Positions 61,511 through 64,000 of a DNA stretch of 64,000 nt are shown here, piece after piece. The stretch's first letter is position 1, and every line of letters starts with the position of its first letter. The position numbers were made by a program, and so were the translations under genes. Source of the DNA: Euglena gracilis (taxonomy: Eukaryota); assembly GCA_039621445.1 (NCBI GenBank), contig CP154954.1, positions 39,579,816 to 39,643,815 of the forward strand. Reading direction: 5' to 3'. The notes beneath the pieces were generated by a model. That model did no database searches. It saw only the letters and a list, made by a program, of their open reading frames with translations, and was not told the origin of the DNA.

Positions 61511-63890
61511 TCACCTGGAGTCGAGACTGCACAACACTTGCCCCCACAGGGCTGCGACCCCCCTACTCAGGCCTTTGCAGGCCCCCCCCCCCTCTGGTGC
61601 TGGCTTTTTCCTTTTTGGGCGAGTACACAATCCTGCCCTCTCATTTTGACAATCACCCTCCTTGATGCACTCTGATCTCCCTGTCAGCTGAACTGGGCTG
61701 TTAAGGGATCCCGAAACGTGGCAGACCCCAAACATATCTGCAAAAGTCCCAAGGGACGTGCCCAAAATTGGCTGTGCGTGGGGGGTTCTGGCTCCCAAAT
61801 CAACGATTTTCAGCCTCGTGCGAAAATCTTCATTCCCCCCATCAAACACTGGACTCAGAGTCACTGATGGCAGAAAAATCGACTCTCCCCCCCATTCCCA
61901 CGGGAACTCCTGGGCACCCAACGGTGGTGGGGGAGGATGTGCCGTCGGCAAATCCCCTTGCGGACCCCCCATGATCTGGATATGGGGAATCAACACTGCT
62001 GTCCGAGCGTCTGCTACATGCGTGACACATTCTATGCCCGACTCTGCCCAAGACCTGTCCCACCCAGGGGAATCTTGTGGGTTTCCCGAACCCCCGGTGG
62101 GCATGCTGGGCTGGGCTATCAAACTCGCGGTGGGTTTGGGCAAAGCTGAAACCAATGGAATGGGGGGCTGGGGTTCGGCCTCAACCCCCACTAAATCCTC
62201 CCCCCTCCCTGCTGCCTTCGCCCCGATTCCTATCACAGGAAATCGTCCTGTGACGGCAGGACATTCACTGGATGGAAGATTGAAATTCTGCTGGCTGCCC
62301 CACTGGACTAGCTCTTGAACTGTCGGTTCTGGCCGAGCCGTCGGTTCTGGCTGGGCTGGCCCCCCTGCAGCTTGCTGGGGCTGAGTTGGCAAGGGCTGGG
62401 CTGCCCCCTGCCCACTCGACACGTGACACATGTCTTGTGAACTCGCAGAAGGGGTGGCTGGGGAAAAAAGACCAGGTGGACTGTGACTCGGAAGTTGCTC
62501 ACCCAATTCCCTCAGAGAATGCATGCGATCCGAACAAGACCGCAACATTTCAGATTATGCCAACCTCTTTTTCTTGCAATTTTCAGCCTCCGCACGAAAT
62601 GTTTCCTCCCTTTCAGAAGCCAGACGCATTCTGTTGGCCCAGCCAGCAGGACTGACGTCTGTGCCTGCCGTCCCTGCCGACATTGCAAACCCTGCCTGAA
62701 ATTGCAATTCTGATTCTGGCTCCACGACTGGACTTGAAGCTTGTTCACCGGCTGACCGCACTGACTCTGGGGCAACTGATTGGGGAGAGGCCGGATTATG
62801 ATTATTTGAACATGCACTTCCCAGTTGAAATTGCTTCTCTGAAACTGGCCCATGGACCCTCCCCAACTCTGCCAATCCCAGACCATTTTCACCAAAACAA
62901 TGCTGGCTGGTCGGCTGAGCTGTCTTTTGTGTTACTGACTGGAGCTGGTCTAGCTTGTCGACAGTCGGCTGTGGCTGAGCTGAGCTGTCGACCACTGACT
63001 GCTGCTGGGCTGGCCCCACGACAATTGGCTGGTGCCGGGTTGGCGATTGCACGATGGGCTGGGTTGGCAATTGCATAATGGGCTGGGCTGGCTTTTGCAT
63101 CATGGGCTGGGTTGGCCCCGTGATGGGCTGGGCTGTTTCTCGCATCATGGGATGGGCTGGCCCCATGATGGGCTTGGCTGGCTCTTGCATCATTCACTGG
63201 GCTGGCCCATGCATAATTAGCTGGGACAGTGCAATTTCTGGGCTCCTCTGACCCAAAAACTGCTGGCCGGTTGACTGGGCCGGCTCCTGAATGACGGGCT
63301 GGGCTGGCCCGTGCATGATTGGCTGGGGCACTGCAATTTCTGGGCTCCTCGGACCCAAAAACTGCTGGCCGGTTGACTGGGCCGGCTCCTGCATGATGGC
63401 CTGGGCTGGATCTTGCATGATTGGCTGGGCTGGCCCGTACATGACTGGCTGGGGCACTGCAATTTCTGGGCTCCTCTGACCCAAAAACTGCTGGCTGGTT
63501 GACTGGGCCGGCTCCTGCATGACGGGCTGGGCTGGACCGTGCATAATTGGCTGGGGCACTGCAATTTCTGGGCTCCTCTGACCCAAAAACTGCTGGCTGG
63601 TTGACTGGGCCGGCTCCTGCATGATGGGCTGGGCTGGCCCGTGCATGATTGGCTGGGGCTGGACTGACTCCTGCGCAGCTGGCTGAGCTATCCCTTCTGC
63701 AGCTGGCTGGAGTTGGGCTGGCCCCCCGACTGCTGGCTAGGGTTGGGCTGCCCCCCCGACTGCTGGCTGGGGCTGGGCTGGCCCTGCGTTTGGCTGTGCA
63801 ATTCCCAATTGAAATTGCAAACGGGCTGCAACTCCCAAACTCTCGTGGGCAAAAACTAGCTGACTCATTTCTGCTGGCTGTGGCTGGCAC
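61511..63890 (-). pseudogene. long Pro/Gln/Ala-rich ORF relic, probably retroelement ORF1
   Basis: Overlapping long minus ORFs with repeated PAQP(I/V)M units. No catalytic motif seen. Confidence 0.35.
62990..63790. repeat. hierarchical coding minisatellite (24-bp ggctgggctggcc..atgat subunits in 4 higher-order ~110-135 bp units)
   Basis: gcaatttctgggctcctc..acccaaaaactgctggc recurs at ~63231, 63333, 63459 and 63561. Confidence 0.9.
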
Positions 63891-64000
63891 TGAGCTGGCG
63901 TTGGGCTGGGCTGTGCAATTCCAATCATAAATTGCGACTCAGCCCCCCTAATTTCCAGACCCCCTGGGACTGAAAATTGTTGAACACCAGCGTCACACCT

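Noticed and set aside
63200-63660. CRISPR-like regularly spaced repeats
   Set aside because: The intervening sequences are themselves repeats, so this is a minisatellite.

Overview
Eukaryotic, almost entirely transposon-derived DNA. No host gene is recognisable and the organism cannot be assigned from sequence. Long G/C homopolymers suggest some frameshifts are assembly errors. 1-25.7 kb is a nest of TA-flanked (Tc1/mariner-like) and 8-bp-TSD CAGG(G)-ended (hAT-like) non-autonomous elements, with a ~6.8 kb tandem duplication whose second copy gained a 2 kb hAT insertion and shows a flipped palindrome loop. 25.8-30.4 kb is an apparently full-length DIRS1-type tyrosine-recombinase retrotransposon (ITRs, ICR, RT-RNaseH-Dam-like MTase, YR). 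31-64 kb holds decayed Ty3/Gypsy elements, a CRE-like non-LTR RT fragment and coding minisatellites. The main signal is that three different Gypsy-like elements carry DNA methyltransferase-like domains in their polyprotein region. One (45.1-47.0 kb, minus) has both a virus/phage-type C5-cytosine MTase-like domain and a Dam-like N6-adenine MTase-like domain upstream of its protease. Another (47.6-53.5 kb) combines an NPPF amino-MTase domain with a C-terminal chromodomain. All domain calls come from manual translation and motif recognition, not database searches.
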